Positions 9,301 to 17,853 of a stretch of DNA of 64,000 nt are shown here, in pieces. How positions within the stretch are numbered: position 1 is the stretch's first letter; the number at the start of each line of letters is the position of its first letter. The DNA lies in the IMG/VR virus record IMGVR_UViG_3300042923_001106, positions 1-64,000 of that record; one strand, given 5' to 3'. A program made the position numbers and the translations under genes. A model generated the notes under the pieces. That model had not been told where the DNA came from. It made no database searches and saw only the letters and a list, made by a program, of their open reading frames with translations. Source of the DNA: a virus.

Positions 9301-11534
9301 GATATATTTCTTGTTGCATCTGCGCTATTTTTAATAATTTTCTCAAATATGAATCCAAGAGCGACAAATGCCGCACCAACCAACGTCGCGGATGCCAAAG
9401 TTCTTAAAGAAACAGTAAGTGCCCTTGTAGCAATAGTTGCTCTTGTCGTACCAGCTTCAACAACCAACAATGAAGCTACAAAGTTTCTAAAGTTTGAATT
9501 TAATGCTAAGGTTGCCACTCCGACCGTTCCCATAACCGGACCCAGAATACCAAAGTTGCTTGTTAACTCTGATCCGATTTTGGCTAGATCTGTAGCACCC
9601 TTTATTAATAGAATCAAAGAGTCAGTTAAGACTGCATCTCCAACTGTGAGTGCCAATTCACTAAAAGCATTTTTCATTTTATTGATTCTTGCTTCTAAAC
9701 CTTGTTGATACTTATCATTTTCTCGAGCAGCACTACCGAATGAATTCAATGCTGTCGTTGTAGCATCTACCGACAATTTACCACCCGACATCAAAGCGAA
9801 AAATCGGTTTAACTGGTATCTACCAGCTAATGCAACACCCAACGATTGCTGTGTCTCAGCATTCAAGTTGCTCCAAGAGGATTGCAATTCTGTAATGATT
9901 TGAGTTGCCGTCTTCATTTCGCCGTTCGAATCACGAACATTAATTCCAATCGAAGCAAGCGAATCAATTGCCGGTCGCATGGTCGTAAGTCTGGAGTAGA
10001 TGGTTTTCAAGGCATTTCCCACAACTGCTCCTGACTCTCGTGTCTGAACTCCGATTGCAGTTACATGTCCAATTTGCTCTTCCATAGTAACTCCAAAAGC
10101 GTCACCAGCGCTTCCAGCCTTTTGAAGTGCAAGCGCCAAATCTCTACTTGTAATTGCAAACTGATTGTCTACCTCGTTGATGGCGTTTATGATTCTGATG
10201 GAATCTTCGGCTTTGATATTAAAGACTTCCATTGCAGAAACCATTGTAGACATGGATTCTTCAACGCTAAGTTCAGAAATATTTGCAGCCATAATCGCTG
10301 TTCGAGTCAATGCTTCAATTTGTTGTTCGGAAAAGTTTCCTTGTCGTGCGAAGCCAATCATGGCCTGATTTACATTTTGGATAGACTGGCCGAGTTCATT
10401 AGCAAGATTTATGCTGACACGCAACATATCATTTACATCAACTACGGGATCAACAACACGCCTTAACTCGGTTAATTGTTTATCAATCTGTATGATCGTG
10501 TCGACGGCAGAATTGAGTGCTCTAAGTGGTGCGTAGAAAGCTGTGGCTGCAACCATCCATATCGGAAAACGAGTTAGGGCTGTTTTTAGTGCCTCTCCCA
10601 TGGTAAGGGTGTGAGCGCTTGCTATCTTAGCCTCTGCACCGATCTGTTTAATCTGATTCGGAATCTCCCGTAATCTCTTATCGAAATCCGGGTTTCCAAT
10701 ATCCATATTTCCTAATTCAGTTTTTAACGATGACAGTGCGCCCGTATTTACTTTATTACCATACCTTCGTTCCAAATCCGTGATACTGGCTATATATTTA
10801 GCTCTATATGTCTCTAGATCGCGAAGCTTCTTCTCTGTTGCTGCACGATCCATATCCATGTTCTTCTGAATCGCTCTTTGCTGTTCTTCATTCCATTTTC
10901 TTGACTCGTTTCGAACTCTTTCTTCAGATTTAATTCGACCAGCATACATTTGTTCAAGTAATTTCTGTTCATCTTCTCGATCTTTTTTAAAATTAGTCGT
11001 AGTAGATGATCCAATAAGAGTCTGTCCGTCGGACTCCAATTTTCGAGTTGTAACCGTACTTCCTTCTGATGATACAACTCTATATCCTTTTGTTGCATTT
11101 GCTTTATTCTTTAATACAGTTATCGAGTCAAGTTCGCTATTATTTAGTCTATCTACAGCCTTAGCAAGTTTGTCCGCAGCCAGAGTCTCATCTTGCATCG
11201 ACTTCTTGTTATCATCGTGTATAGTCTTAGTTTTTTGAATTATTTCTCCGCTTTTAAGAACTTTTTGAGACACTTGGGTAACGGTTCCATCAAGCTTATT
11301 ATATATATCCTGAGTTTCCGAGATAACTTTATTTTGTTCGTCTGCGACACTCTTCAACTTCTCGGTTGCCTTAATAAACGATTGAATGTGTGTATTAAAA
11401 TTCTCTGGCACTTCTATTTTAAGTTTTAATTTATTTATTTTTTTTTCTAAACCAGCAATTGCGGAATTAATTTCACCTATGCTACGACCAACATTTAAGC
11501 TTGATGTAATAAGGATTTTTAAATTGTTATTCAT
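6351..11534 (-). CDS. Tail tape measure protein (TP901-like, 1727 aa)
   Basis: Long helical protein with TMP core (INAINEVDNQFAITSRDLALAL...VGNALKTIYSRL) and ARFDTGG C-terminal motif. Confidence 0.92.
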   Translation of the reverse strand: MNNNLKILITSSLNVGRSIGEINSAIAGLEKKINKLKLKIEVPENFNTHIQSFIKATEKLKSVADEQNKVISETQDIYNKLDGTVTQVSQKVLKSGEIIQKTKTIHDDNKKSMQDETLAADKLAKAVDRLNNSELDSITVLKNKANATKGYRVVSSEGSTVTTRKLESDGQTLIGSSTTTNFKKDREDEQKLLEQMYAGRIKSEERVRNESRKWNEEQQRAIQKNMDMDRAATEKKLRDLETYRAKYIASITDLERRYGNKVNTGALSSLKTELGNMDIGNPDFDKRLREIPNQIKQIGAEAKIASAHTLTMGEALKTALTRFPIWMVAATAFYAPLRALNSAVDTIIQIDKQLTELRRVVDPVVDVNDMLRVSINLANELGQSIQNVNQAMIGFARQGNFSEQQIEALTRTAIMAANISELSVEESMSTMVSAMEVFNIKAEDSIRIINAINEVDNQFAITSRDLALALQKAGSAGDAFGVTMEEQIGHVTAIGVQTRESGAVVGNALKTIYSRLTTMRPAIDSLASIGINVRDSNGEMKTATQIITELQSSWSNLNAETQQSLGVALAGRYQLNRFFALMSGGKLSVDATTTALNSFGSAARENDKYQQGLEARINKMKNAFSELALTVGDAVLTDSLILLIKGATDLAKIGSELTSNFGILGPVMGTVGVATLALNSNFRNFVASLLVVEAGTTRATIATRALTVSLRTLASATLVGAAFVALGFIFEKIIKNSADATRNISDLDNALNDNQDEVFKLTDKYHELKKIIEENTKSDIEIKNAKTELTKVIEALANKMPSLVTQWNEHGKAVDINITKLDDYKKKYGEVLRIAEQTKIDQGNKRKQELEKRIASNNELLEPISGLFDFGRVLQGAKGILSNDFKYKREDIANEILKDGQEIAKIEQEIKKSQELLDSLNNTDKGETSPEKKSGTLGKVKSPEDIEEEYKVRKDVFQSEMEQFRHLVNMESAGYENAAQQLEQLKKIRNSFSDLYSEDLYGIDEDIFRLQKGDRIDPKGYKEPKQDTQATLTTLPDFTKEEIDNINSIISKRDQNIKSLERQINTEKKTDDYNKTLELTNKLLTEQQSKIEDIYSANKNLSGYADEIRGTYTELAELFAMDNGEGTLVGFDAWFNDDATASKAYTNAITDIVKQVQQIEGTGENLTTDQENQIKVLKNQKSQYESIFGQIQSIKQAWKSNDEEVQQVIDRVGNLLTQIDQLAKEHRENEFKLSENWISEETTRLTLAGKTEIEIAQMVLDARLRMADSRWTKERGIIALSESEQLIADKNVYDARMKLLELSEQKNKKLEEIAKKVVDAHRKSLEYQRDEQLKDLEKIAEQQEKNHNDKMTQLDDELQKYKNSVDEQLSLLDKLNEKEDFDSELSKKQSDAQKIQSQINVLALDDSIETKAKREQLEKELQAKLEEIEKFKEDRSRKLRRDSLQEQLNQKEKEIEASKKAEDTKYEGIKNGLKNVEDARKVYWENVLNNDAYFAQLESEIIAGNISTIENSLNGLKNEISSNTSEMGKSIRNNLVAELENALRLLQAVSLGNVSNVVVDSALAQKRSDHSKYIQNKVEWESLSKSAKPNLERMTQLNIENEAFRKKYGFADYDYQDIIKGNVARFDTGGMTPAFGKEPQLAFLDEKELILDKFDTSKLLKVVDVTRSIFESIRKPNFNNIRFNRTEPVATGPTYNLNLRIDQVTGDRNGGETVFNTIVKNFQKMGN

Positions 11535-11555
11535 TGAACCACTCCTTTTGAAAAT

Positions 11556-11582
11556 AAAAAAAGAAGTGGTATATTTACCACT
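11556..11582 (-). terminator. Terminator-like hairpin ending the RsfA-fusion cassette
   Basis: AGTGGTA-TATT-TACCACT stem with an A-run on + (U-run on -). Confidence 0.6.
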
Positions 11583-11615
11583 CCTAGCATTTTAGTATGT
11601 TTTTTATATTTGCCG

Positions 11616-12617
11616 TCATTTTGTCCGCTCTAAATTTCCGTTCTTATCCATTCTGAATGCCGTTTTTATCTCTGACGAAACTTTTATATCGATAGCGGAA
11701 GCAATGATTCCTTTAGTTTGAATCAGCTCATCTGAAATCTTTTCTTTTTCACTTTTTATTTTTTTGAGTGCCGATTGTAGCGCTGCATTTTTAAATTGCA
11801 GAGTTTCAATTTTTTCTTCCATAAGTGTATTTTTTTCATTTTGCAAACCTTCGATGCTCTTTTTCATCTCTTCAAACTCTACTAATACTGAATTCAACAT
11901 CATTTCCTGCCAACTTGGTTTTTTGTATCCTTTAAAATCAGTAAGTTCTTCGCTGTTTTCACTGTTGTCGTGTATATTTCTTTTATTTCCTTCGATTTTT
12001 CTCTTAAGTTCTTCATTTTGAATTTTAGGTTTAATTGATGATGTATATCTGGAGCGACATGCATTTTGAGATTTTCCTAATTTTGCTGATGCAATTGCAC
12101 AAGCAGAATTTAATGTTCCACCACGATTTACTTCGTTAATAATGATGTCGTACAATATCAGATCTTTATTGTCCCAACTGCTACCAGTTACAGCTTTTGA
12201 GCGATGTTGTTGAGTTGAGTACTGTTCAACATTCAGGAGATATGTACGAACTTGTTTAGCAATTTCGCTCTTTTGAAGAAGCATTCCGATCCGTAGTACA
12301 CACCGGCGATTGAGTAAAGTTAATGACGGTATCTTTTTTAACTCAGTGACATTTTGTAACAAAGTCGACTTTATGTGTTTAAGCTCATTTCCTTTAACTA
12401 CCTTTAATCCATCTTGTACTAATTCGTCATTATTACGTACAATAATCTGCCTTATAGTGACGTCTTCGACAAGGTAGTATTCCGAAATCATCTTTGTGGT
12501 CAAATGTTCGTCATCAGGAAGCATTGTCAAAATTTTGACTCTATCTAAAGTCTCAACTCGATTAATATAAGCATTTCTCAACTGCACATCTTCAACGAAG
12601 TTTTCTTGTCTTAGCAT
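11616..12617 (-). CDS. Phage antirepressor-like DNA-binding domain fused to an RsfA-family sporulation regulator domain
   Basis: N-half resembles phage ORF6N/antirepressor-like proteins; C-half has W..KDLILY...GGT..A....KLG....ACRSRY (RsfA/YlbO Myb-like motif), a coiled coil and the RsfA terminal motif FRMDKNGNLER. Confidence 0.75.
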   Translation of the reverse strand: MLRQENFVEDVQLRNAYINRVETLDRVKILTMLPDDEHLTTKMISEYYLVEDVTIRQIIVRNNDELVQDGLKVVKGNELKHIKSTLLQNVTELKKIPSLTLLNRRCVLRIGMLLQKSEIAKQVRTYLLNVEQYSTQQHRSKAVTGSSWDNKDLILYDIIINEVNRGGTLNSACAIASAKLGKSQNACRSRYTSSIKPKIQNEELKRKIEGNKRNIHDNSENSEELTDFKGYKKPSWQEMMLNSVLVEFEEMKKSIEGLQNEKNTLMEEKIETLQFKNAALQSALKKIKSEKEKISDELIQTKGIIASAIDIKVSSEIKTAFRMDKNGNLERTK

Positions 12618-12866
12618 ACTCTCAACTCCTCTTCAATCTGATATTCGATGAATGACAATAAGTCATTCAATAAATCATCGGGATTATATGAGAAGAACTT
12701 GTCTAGGAATTCGTTGAGATTGCTCGAGTTCAAGTAATACTGTGCAACTATGTATTCGTCAGATTCCTTCGTGTGAAAGTACTCTACAGTCTAGAAAGCC
12801 CTGTGTAGATAAGTGGTGATTTTCAATGATATGCTGCCACTTTAAGTATTCTTGATCTTTGGTCAT
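12611..12866 (-). pseudogene. Probable frameshifted ~85-aa ORF
   Basis: ATG 12866 with GGAGG RBS stops after 35 aa; the +1 frame continues (VEYFHTKESDEYIVAQ...EEELRVC*) to a stop overlapping the next ATG; break near 12785. Confidence 0.45.
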
Positions 12867-12912
12867 TTGATATCCTCCTGTGAAATTGGAATATATTTCA
12901 TTCACAATTCAC

Positions 12913-12990
12913 AGTATACAATCAAGTGCTAGCACCGTCAAGCAATATCAATCAAAATCCAGATGGATTTTTGCTTTTACTTGCTAGCAC
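12913..12990. promoter_or_regulatory. Divergent promoter region with two GTGCTAGCAC-type operators
   Basis: Minus-strand TTGACG(12941-36)-17bp-TATACT(12918-13); perfect palindrome GTGCTAGCAC at 12926-35 in its spacer; second copy TTGCTAGCAC at 12981-90. Confidence 0.7.
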
Positions 12991-13039
12991 CTTATAGTAT
13001 TATATAGTGAGATATCCTTTAAGGAGGAGTTTTCATCTT

Positions 13040-13429
13040 ATGATTCCAGAGTCAAGTAAGCGAGTACGTTTTGCCAATTCACTAAATAAAGACTTGTACG
13101 AAAGACTTCAAGAACACTCGAAATCCACAAACATTCCTATATCTAAAATCCTTGATCAAGCAGTTGAAGAGTACTTCGTCAAAAGTAAAATTACAATCAA
13201 TGATGATCTATACAGTTACCTTTGCGTTTATTTTGGCACAAAGGGATTGGATATCGACGAAGAGATAGAGAACATTCTTGTTAAATTTGTTGATGGACAG
13301 CAGAGACTAGTTGAAGATATTATCCATTCTGTGACCCGACAACAACGGGGGAAAAGGGTTAACATTGAGAAACGGGACGCTGTTGCCGAAGAATATTCTA
13401 GTTATAATCCAAACGAGAAGTCAGATTAA
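13040..13429 (+). CDS. Ribbon-helix-helix DNA-binding protein
   Basis: KRVRFANSLNKDLYERLQEHSKSTNIPISKILDQAVEEY RHH pattern; ATG 13040 after AAGGAGG (track start 13007). Confidence 0.75.
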   Translation: MIPESSKRVRFANSLNKDLYERLQEHSKSTNIPISKILDQAVEEYFVKSKITINDDLYSYLCVYFGTKGLDIDEEIENILVKFVDGQQRLVEDIIHSVTRQQRGKRVNIEKRDAVAEEYSSYNPNEKSD

Positions 13430-13490
13430 CATTTGTTTGCAAAACTATCCGCACCTATAGCTAGATGCAGACCGTTTCGAAAACAAAATC

Positions 13491-13643
13491 TTAATTACTT
13501 TCAGGCTTTCCTTCTTGAATTGGGTTAAGCAGGATGTACTTAATTTGAACTAGTGGTTCTGCTTCATTCCCTTTTAATTCAACTCTGTCTAGGAAGATGA
13601 GGATATTGTCTCTAACTTGATCCGAAATTTCATATCTGGCCAT
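13491..13643 (-). CDS. Hypothetical 50-aa protein
   Basis: Read manually: MARYEISDQVRDNILIFLDRVELKGNEAEPLVQIKYILLNPIQEGKPESN; AGGGAGG RBS. Confidence 0.55.
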   Translation of the reverse strand: MARYEISDQVRDNILIFLDRVELKGNEAEPLVQIKYILLNPIQEGKPESN

Positions 13644-13679
13644 TAAATGACCCTCCCTATAAAATGTTGTTTTTATTTA

Positions 13680-14663
13680 CTAAAATAAATCATCAACATC
13701 ATCTTCGCCCTCTTTAACAACGTATATCTTAGTTGTTTCTGACGATTGATGTCCAAGTAAGTTTTTAACCTTTTCAATGTCTTTACCTTCAACTGCGACA
13801 AGATTTGTTGCACGACTAGATCGAAGTTGGTGGGGATGTACACGTCTTCCAACAATCTCGGAAAAAATCTCAGAGCACCAGTCATTAAAGGTGGTTGGGT
13901 TAAGGCCTCTTGTTTCACCCTGCTTAGTTTTATAAACAAACAAATATGGACAATCATCTTGTCCACGAACCTGAACCCATTTACGTATAGCTTCCATAGA
14001 CATGTCGGAAAAGATCATTTTACGAACTTTTCCTTCTTTTCCTCGCCCTTTTGCACGAATATTATGTGTAAGGTAGTAGCTTTTCAAATCACCGGTTTTC
14101 ATATCTTTAACATAACTATATTCGGCAACTTCTTTGAGTACTTGTAGGACTTCACCTCGACGACATCCTGAATCATAGCTAAAAAGAATATAGGCAACCA
14201 TTTGGAACTCTTTCCGTTCTTCAAGAATTTGAATAAGTCGATCAATTTCTTCTTGAGTCAAAGGCTTCTTTTCATGTCGTAAAGCTTTAGGAGGATTTGG
14301 TATTTTCTTATTGTAAATATTGCGAAATAGTGGATACTCGTCTGAATAGTAGACTTCCATATAACCACACAAAGAGGATACTGCTGACCTTTTTAATTTA
14401 ACAGCACTCGAGGAAAGACCTCTTTTCATGAGGTAGTTTTGGTATTGTAGAGCATGTTTTGGCTTTAGTTCATATATAGGTACGTTGTTACATTTTTCCA
14501 GAATAAATCTAAAGAAAATCTTTAGTGCAGATTCGTACTGTTTTAGAGTCTGAGGTGAGAGATGTTGTTGTAGAAGGAATTCTTCTACTTTTTCTCTACT
14601 ATATTCATTTACTTTGTTCCACTCTTCTTGTGTGACTTCGGAGATTTTCTCAACTTCACCCAT
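13680..14663 (-). CDS. Tyrosine recombinase (XerC/D-like) inside the tail module
   Basis: Complete catalytic set: SGCRRGE (R), HPHQLR (HxxR), LGH, TKIY (Y); N-terminal SAM-like domain. Confidence 0.9.
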   Translation of the reverse strand: MGEVEKISEVTQEEWNKVNEYSREKVEEFLLQQHLSPQTLKQYESALKIFFRFILEKCNNVPIYELKPKHALQYQNYLMKRGLSSSAVKLKRSAVSSLCGYMEVYYSDEYPLFRNIYNKKIPNPPKALRHEKKPLTQEEIDRLIQILEERKEFQMVAYILFSYDSGCRRGEVLQVLKEVAEYSYVKDMKTGDLKSYYLTHNIRAKGRGKEGKVRKMIFSDMSMEAIRKWVQVRGQDDCPYLFVYKTKQGETRGLNPTTFNDWCSEIFSEIVGRRVHPHQLRSSRATNLVAVEGKDIEKVKNLLGHQSSETTKIYVVKEGEDDVDDLF

Positions 14664-14675
14664 GTAATCACCTTT

Positions 14676-15125
14676 CTACTGTGAGTCAATACCACGTTTT
14701 TTTAATCCTTGTTTCATTGCTTGGTTCAATCTATCCGTACTTTGCAACTCTTCTCTAGTCTTCTCGGTAAACGGTCTAGGCGCCCCATTATAGGGGAAGT
14801 CGAACTGATAACCTTGTCCGCTCTCGACTATTTGTGCTACCTCACGGTCACCGTCAAATCGAATATTTTCAACTGCAATTGTATTATCGCTTTCTACCGT
14901 TACTTCAATATTCTTTGGATCAACAAGTCCACCTTGATATCCTTGTCGTTCATACACTCGAGGCTCATACACACTGTAGACTTCATCCTCAATTTTTTCT
15001 TGCATAGTTCGAATGACTTCTTCTGCCACCTCGTTTTTCAGTACAGAATTCGCTTGTTTTTCTAAATGTTTAAATAAATCATTCAGATTATTGAACGACT
15101 TCCCCATTTTCCTCAACACCCTCAC
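14676..15125 (-). CDS. HK97 gp10-like tail completion protein (putative)
   Basis: PRPFTEKT motif; position in the tail module. Confidence 0.55.
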   Translation of the reverse strand: MRVLRKMGKSFNNLNDLFKHLEKQANSVLKNEVAEEVIRTMQEKIEDEVYSVYEPRVYERQGYQGGLVDPKNIEVTVESDNTIAVENIRFDGDREVAQIVESGQGYQFDFPYNGAPRPFTEKTREELQSTDRLNQAMKQGLKKRGIDSQ

Positions 15126-15582
15126 TCAAGACGCTTTGTAAAGATAACTCTCCAAGAATATTACCAATACCATTAGCTGCCTTATCAATCTCTTTTGTAA
15201 GTAATTCAACTTGATCTTTAGGAAACCCGTTCTCTCCAAATAACTCCTCCATAATGCCAAGATCAAGTAAGGAATTCGAAACTTGAATCAATTTCTCAAC
15301 ATCGTCAATATCGGGTAGTGGAATATCAGAGAAATAACGAATTATTAGAGCGTATAGGAGAGATGTTGTATGTACGATTGTTTCATCATTGATATTTTCG
15401 CGCTTTTTTAAATCTTGCAAAATTGTAAAGTAGTCCAGAATGACTTTTTGTATTTTAGTTCTCCTAAATTTAATATCAATCTGAACTTCATAATCTCCAC
15501 AAACACGGATAACTTTTCGTTCATTTAACTCACTGTTAAGTTTGCTTATGTTGGACAGAGTAAGTTTCTTGGATTTTGACAC
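15088..15582 (-). CDS. Putative tail assembly chaperone
   Basis: Directly downstream of the tail tube gene; size and position. Confidence 0.5.
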   Translation of the reverse strand: MSKSKKLTLSNISKLNSELNERKVIRVCGDYEVQIDIKFRRTKIQKVILDYFTILQDLKKRENINDETIVHTTSLLYALIIRYFSDIPLPDIDDVEKLIQVSNSLLDLGIMEELFGENGFPKDQVELLTKEIDKAANGIGNILGELSLQSVLSEGVEENGEVVQ

Positions 15583-15626
15583 TTGTATTCCTCCCTAAAA
15601 TATTTTGATGAATTACACATGTTCAA

Positions 15627-15649
15627 AAACCCTTATATATCAAGGGTTT
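15627..15649. repeat. 8-7-8 inverted repeat AAACCCTT-ATATATC-AAGGGTTT (recombination-site-like), copy 1
   Basis: Perfect 8-bp arms; intergenic; near-identical copy at 34771-34795. Confidence 0.6.
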
Positions 15650-15703
15650 CTCAAGATGAATAATCCAATAAAATGCTCATTTCATTTGTTTTAAAAAAAA
15701 TAA

Positions 15704-15734
15704 GAAAGGCGATTTAGAACAGTCTTCGCCTTTC
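15704..15734 (-). terminator. Hairpin downstream of the tail tube gene
   Basis: GAAAGGCGA...TCGCCTTTC arms with a nearby A-run on +. Confidence 0.55.
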
Positions 15735-15771
15735 CATTGTTATATTTAAAATATTGTATTAATTTATTTAA

Positions 15772-16572
15772 TTATGTAAGCAGATCGCCATCATAAAGAG
15801 TAATTGTATAGAGATCGTTTTTACCTTGCTGTTTCAGAATTTCAATTGGCATAGAGTGTTCACTTGGATCACCGTCAGCTGCCATCGAAATAGACCAATT
15901 GTCCTCCATCTTTGCTGCCCAAATATTAATCTGAGCTGCATAATCCTTTTGATCATAAGGCGATTTAACAATGGCATCCAATACGAGTCCGAATGATCCA
16001 GCGAATTTGTCACTAGAAATTGTAATCGTCTGAGCTGTCGCGTCAGTATTGGTATTGTAATAGACGATTACATCACTTCCATTTGGTAAGTCACCCGCAA
16101 AGAAAGAAACCTCCTTAGCGGAAGTATGACCATATTGTCCTGTTGTGAGTGTGCCGGAGGCAAACACAATTTCATCTCCATGAGATCCGTCGTCATTCTT
16201 TTCGAATACTGCAATTAGGGCGCCTGTTGTGCTCACTGGCGTAAAACTAAGTGAAACTTTGTTTGTGTTTACGGTAAGAATCTCTCGTTGCTGAATTGCC
16301 TTTACTCCTTTAATAATCCCGTTACCCGTTGCCATAGCAAGTGCCGCATTATCGAAGACCGCATTAGAAGCTTCAATTCTTGCTTCACGATTTGACGAAA
16401 AGCCAACAATTTTGGGGTTACCAGTACCTCCACGTGCATATACAGTTTCAGCAGAATTGTCTAACTGGCTAGTTTTCAAGTCCAATAAGTAAAATAAAGG
16501 CTTACGACTCGCTACATCCACGAAAGTCATTTTGGGTACATCACGAATAACCCATGTATTAGGTGTTGCCAT
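15772..16572 (-). CDS. Major tail (tube) protein
   Basis: ETVYARGGTGNPKIVGF, ITISSDKFAG and WSISMAADGDPS motifs of SPbeta-type tail tube proteins. Confidence 0.8.
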   Translation of the reverse strand: MATPNTWVIRDVPKMTFVDVASRKPLFYLLDLKTSQLDNSAETVYARGGTGNPKIVGFSSNREARIEASNAVFDNAALAMATGNGIIKGVKAIQQREILTVNTNKVSLSFTPVSTTGALIAVFEKNDDGSHGDEIVFASGTLTTGQYGHTSAKEVSFFAGDLPNGSDVIVYYNTNTDATAQTITISSDKFAGSFGLVLDAIVKSPYDQKDYAAQINIWAAKMEDNWSISMAADGDPSEHSMPIEILKQQGKNDLYTITLYDGDLLT

Positions 16573-16588
16573 TTAAATTCACATCTCC

Positions 16589-17320
16589 TTATTTTGCATC
16601 TAGTATTTTTGCAAAACTCAAATCTTTTATATTTATTTTTTTTGCATCCACATTGCCGGTATAGATTCCGTACAATGTATAATGAATAGAATCGAGATTT
16701 TCAATGCGTTTGTAACCATCATAAAATTGATACATTGTTAAATTAAGAATATCGGAAATATGGGGGACACCAGATTTCCAAGCTAATCCTGAGATCATAC
16801 TGTGTAGGTTTATGGTAGGTCTAGGCTTCTTCTTTCTTTTCTTACGCTCTAACATTTCAGCAATTATTCTTGCCGTAACTTCATTAGCTGGATTATATGT
16901 ATCTTCATCATTACTTACTCTGGCATGATTACCAATTCTAATAATTTCTTGTATTTGAGCGAAGTTATCTCCATGAATCCTTCCACCATTGTCAAAATAA
17001 AAAAACGCCTTTGAGGATGTTATGACATCACACATAGTCGCTTTTTTTCTAAACGCCATCTCAATTGCATCTAAAAAATCCTGTTTAAACTCTTCATTAT
17101 GGAAACAATTTGCGAACAAGATATCGAAGGGATCGTATGTCACACCTGATTCGCCTTCTATATTTTTTTTATCTAACAACAAAATAGATAGTAGTTGGCT
17201 GTATTTACTTTCACCCATTCTCACAACTTCGCGTACAGTTGGTATATGTACCTTTCCACATTCCTCAATTTCAATGGGTTCGGCAGATAGCAATTTTAGT
17301 TCGACATCTTCAATATTCAC
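16589..17320 (-). CDS. Conserved structural-module protein
   Basis: Full-length ORF in the neck/tail region; no motif recognised. Confidence 0.6.
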   Translation of the reverse strand: MNIEDVELKLLSAEPIEIEECGKVHIPTVREVVRMGESKYSQLLSILLLDKKNIEGESGVTYDPFDILFANCFHNEEFKQDFLDAIEMAFRKKATMCDVITSSKAFFYFDNGGRIHGDNFAQIQEIIRIGNHARVSNDEDTYNPANEVTARIIAEMLERKKRKKKPRPTINLHSMISGLAWKSGVPHISDILNLTMYQFYDGYKRIENLDSIHYTLYGIYTGNVDAKKINIKDLSFAKILDAK

Positions 17321-17330
17321 TTTGGATCAC

Positions 17331-17777
17331 CTACGAAAAATCTGTTATTCGGTAGTGTAATGAATATCCACTGAACACGTTATTAACCCATAGAAACCTG
17401 CTTTTGACAAATTGAGTTTTTCCAATACCAACAACCTTCTGATTATTGAACATTTCATCTATCTCGTTCATAATCGCATACGGTCTAAGTTTCCCTAAAA
17501 GCCTATGCTGATTGATATGGCTGACAATATTAAATGTGATAATCGAATCCTTAAAATAGATGCTTCCACCTTTTTCGATATTCTCAAAGTAAACGGTTAG
17601 ATAGGTTCCTGCAGTCAATTCGTTTTCACTTGGTAATTTCGGAAAGGGAAAGACTTTTGTGTACATCAAATCTCTACGTTGTTGTAGAGTTAGATCAGGA
17701 TTGTCGAGGGGGTCAGAAGGAACGTTTTGATTGGATTCATAGTAGATATATTTACATAGATTTTGAGACTGTATCAA
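17331..17777 (-). CDS. Putative tail terminator / neck protein
   Basis: Position; LRPYAIMNEIDEMFN segment. Confidence 0.5.
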   Translation of the reverse strand: MIQSQNLCKYIYYESNQNVPSDPLDNPDLTLQQRRDLMYTKVFPFPKLPSENELTAGTYLTVYFENIEKGGSIYFKDSIITFNIVSHINQHRLLGKLRPYAIMNEIDEMFNNQKVVGIGKTQFVKSRFLWVNNVFSGYSLHYRITDFS

Positions 17778-17853
17778 TTCTAATAATATTTGGTTAATAT
17801 ATTCATTTAATTCTTGAAATTTTGAAATATTAAATCATTCCTCCCGTAAAATC

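Noticed and set aside
1558-11595. Many short + strand ORFs (and a few short same-strand alternative-frame ORFs) overlapping the tail spike, Dit and tape measure genes
   Set aside because: Shadow ORFs of long real genes; no RBS or motifs
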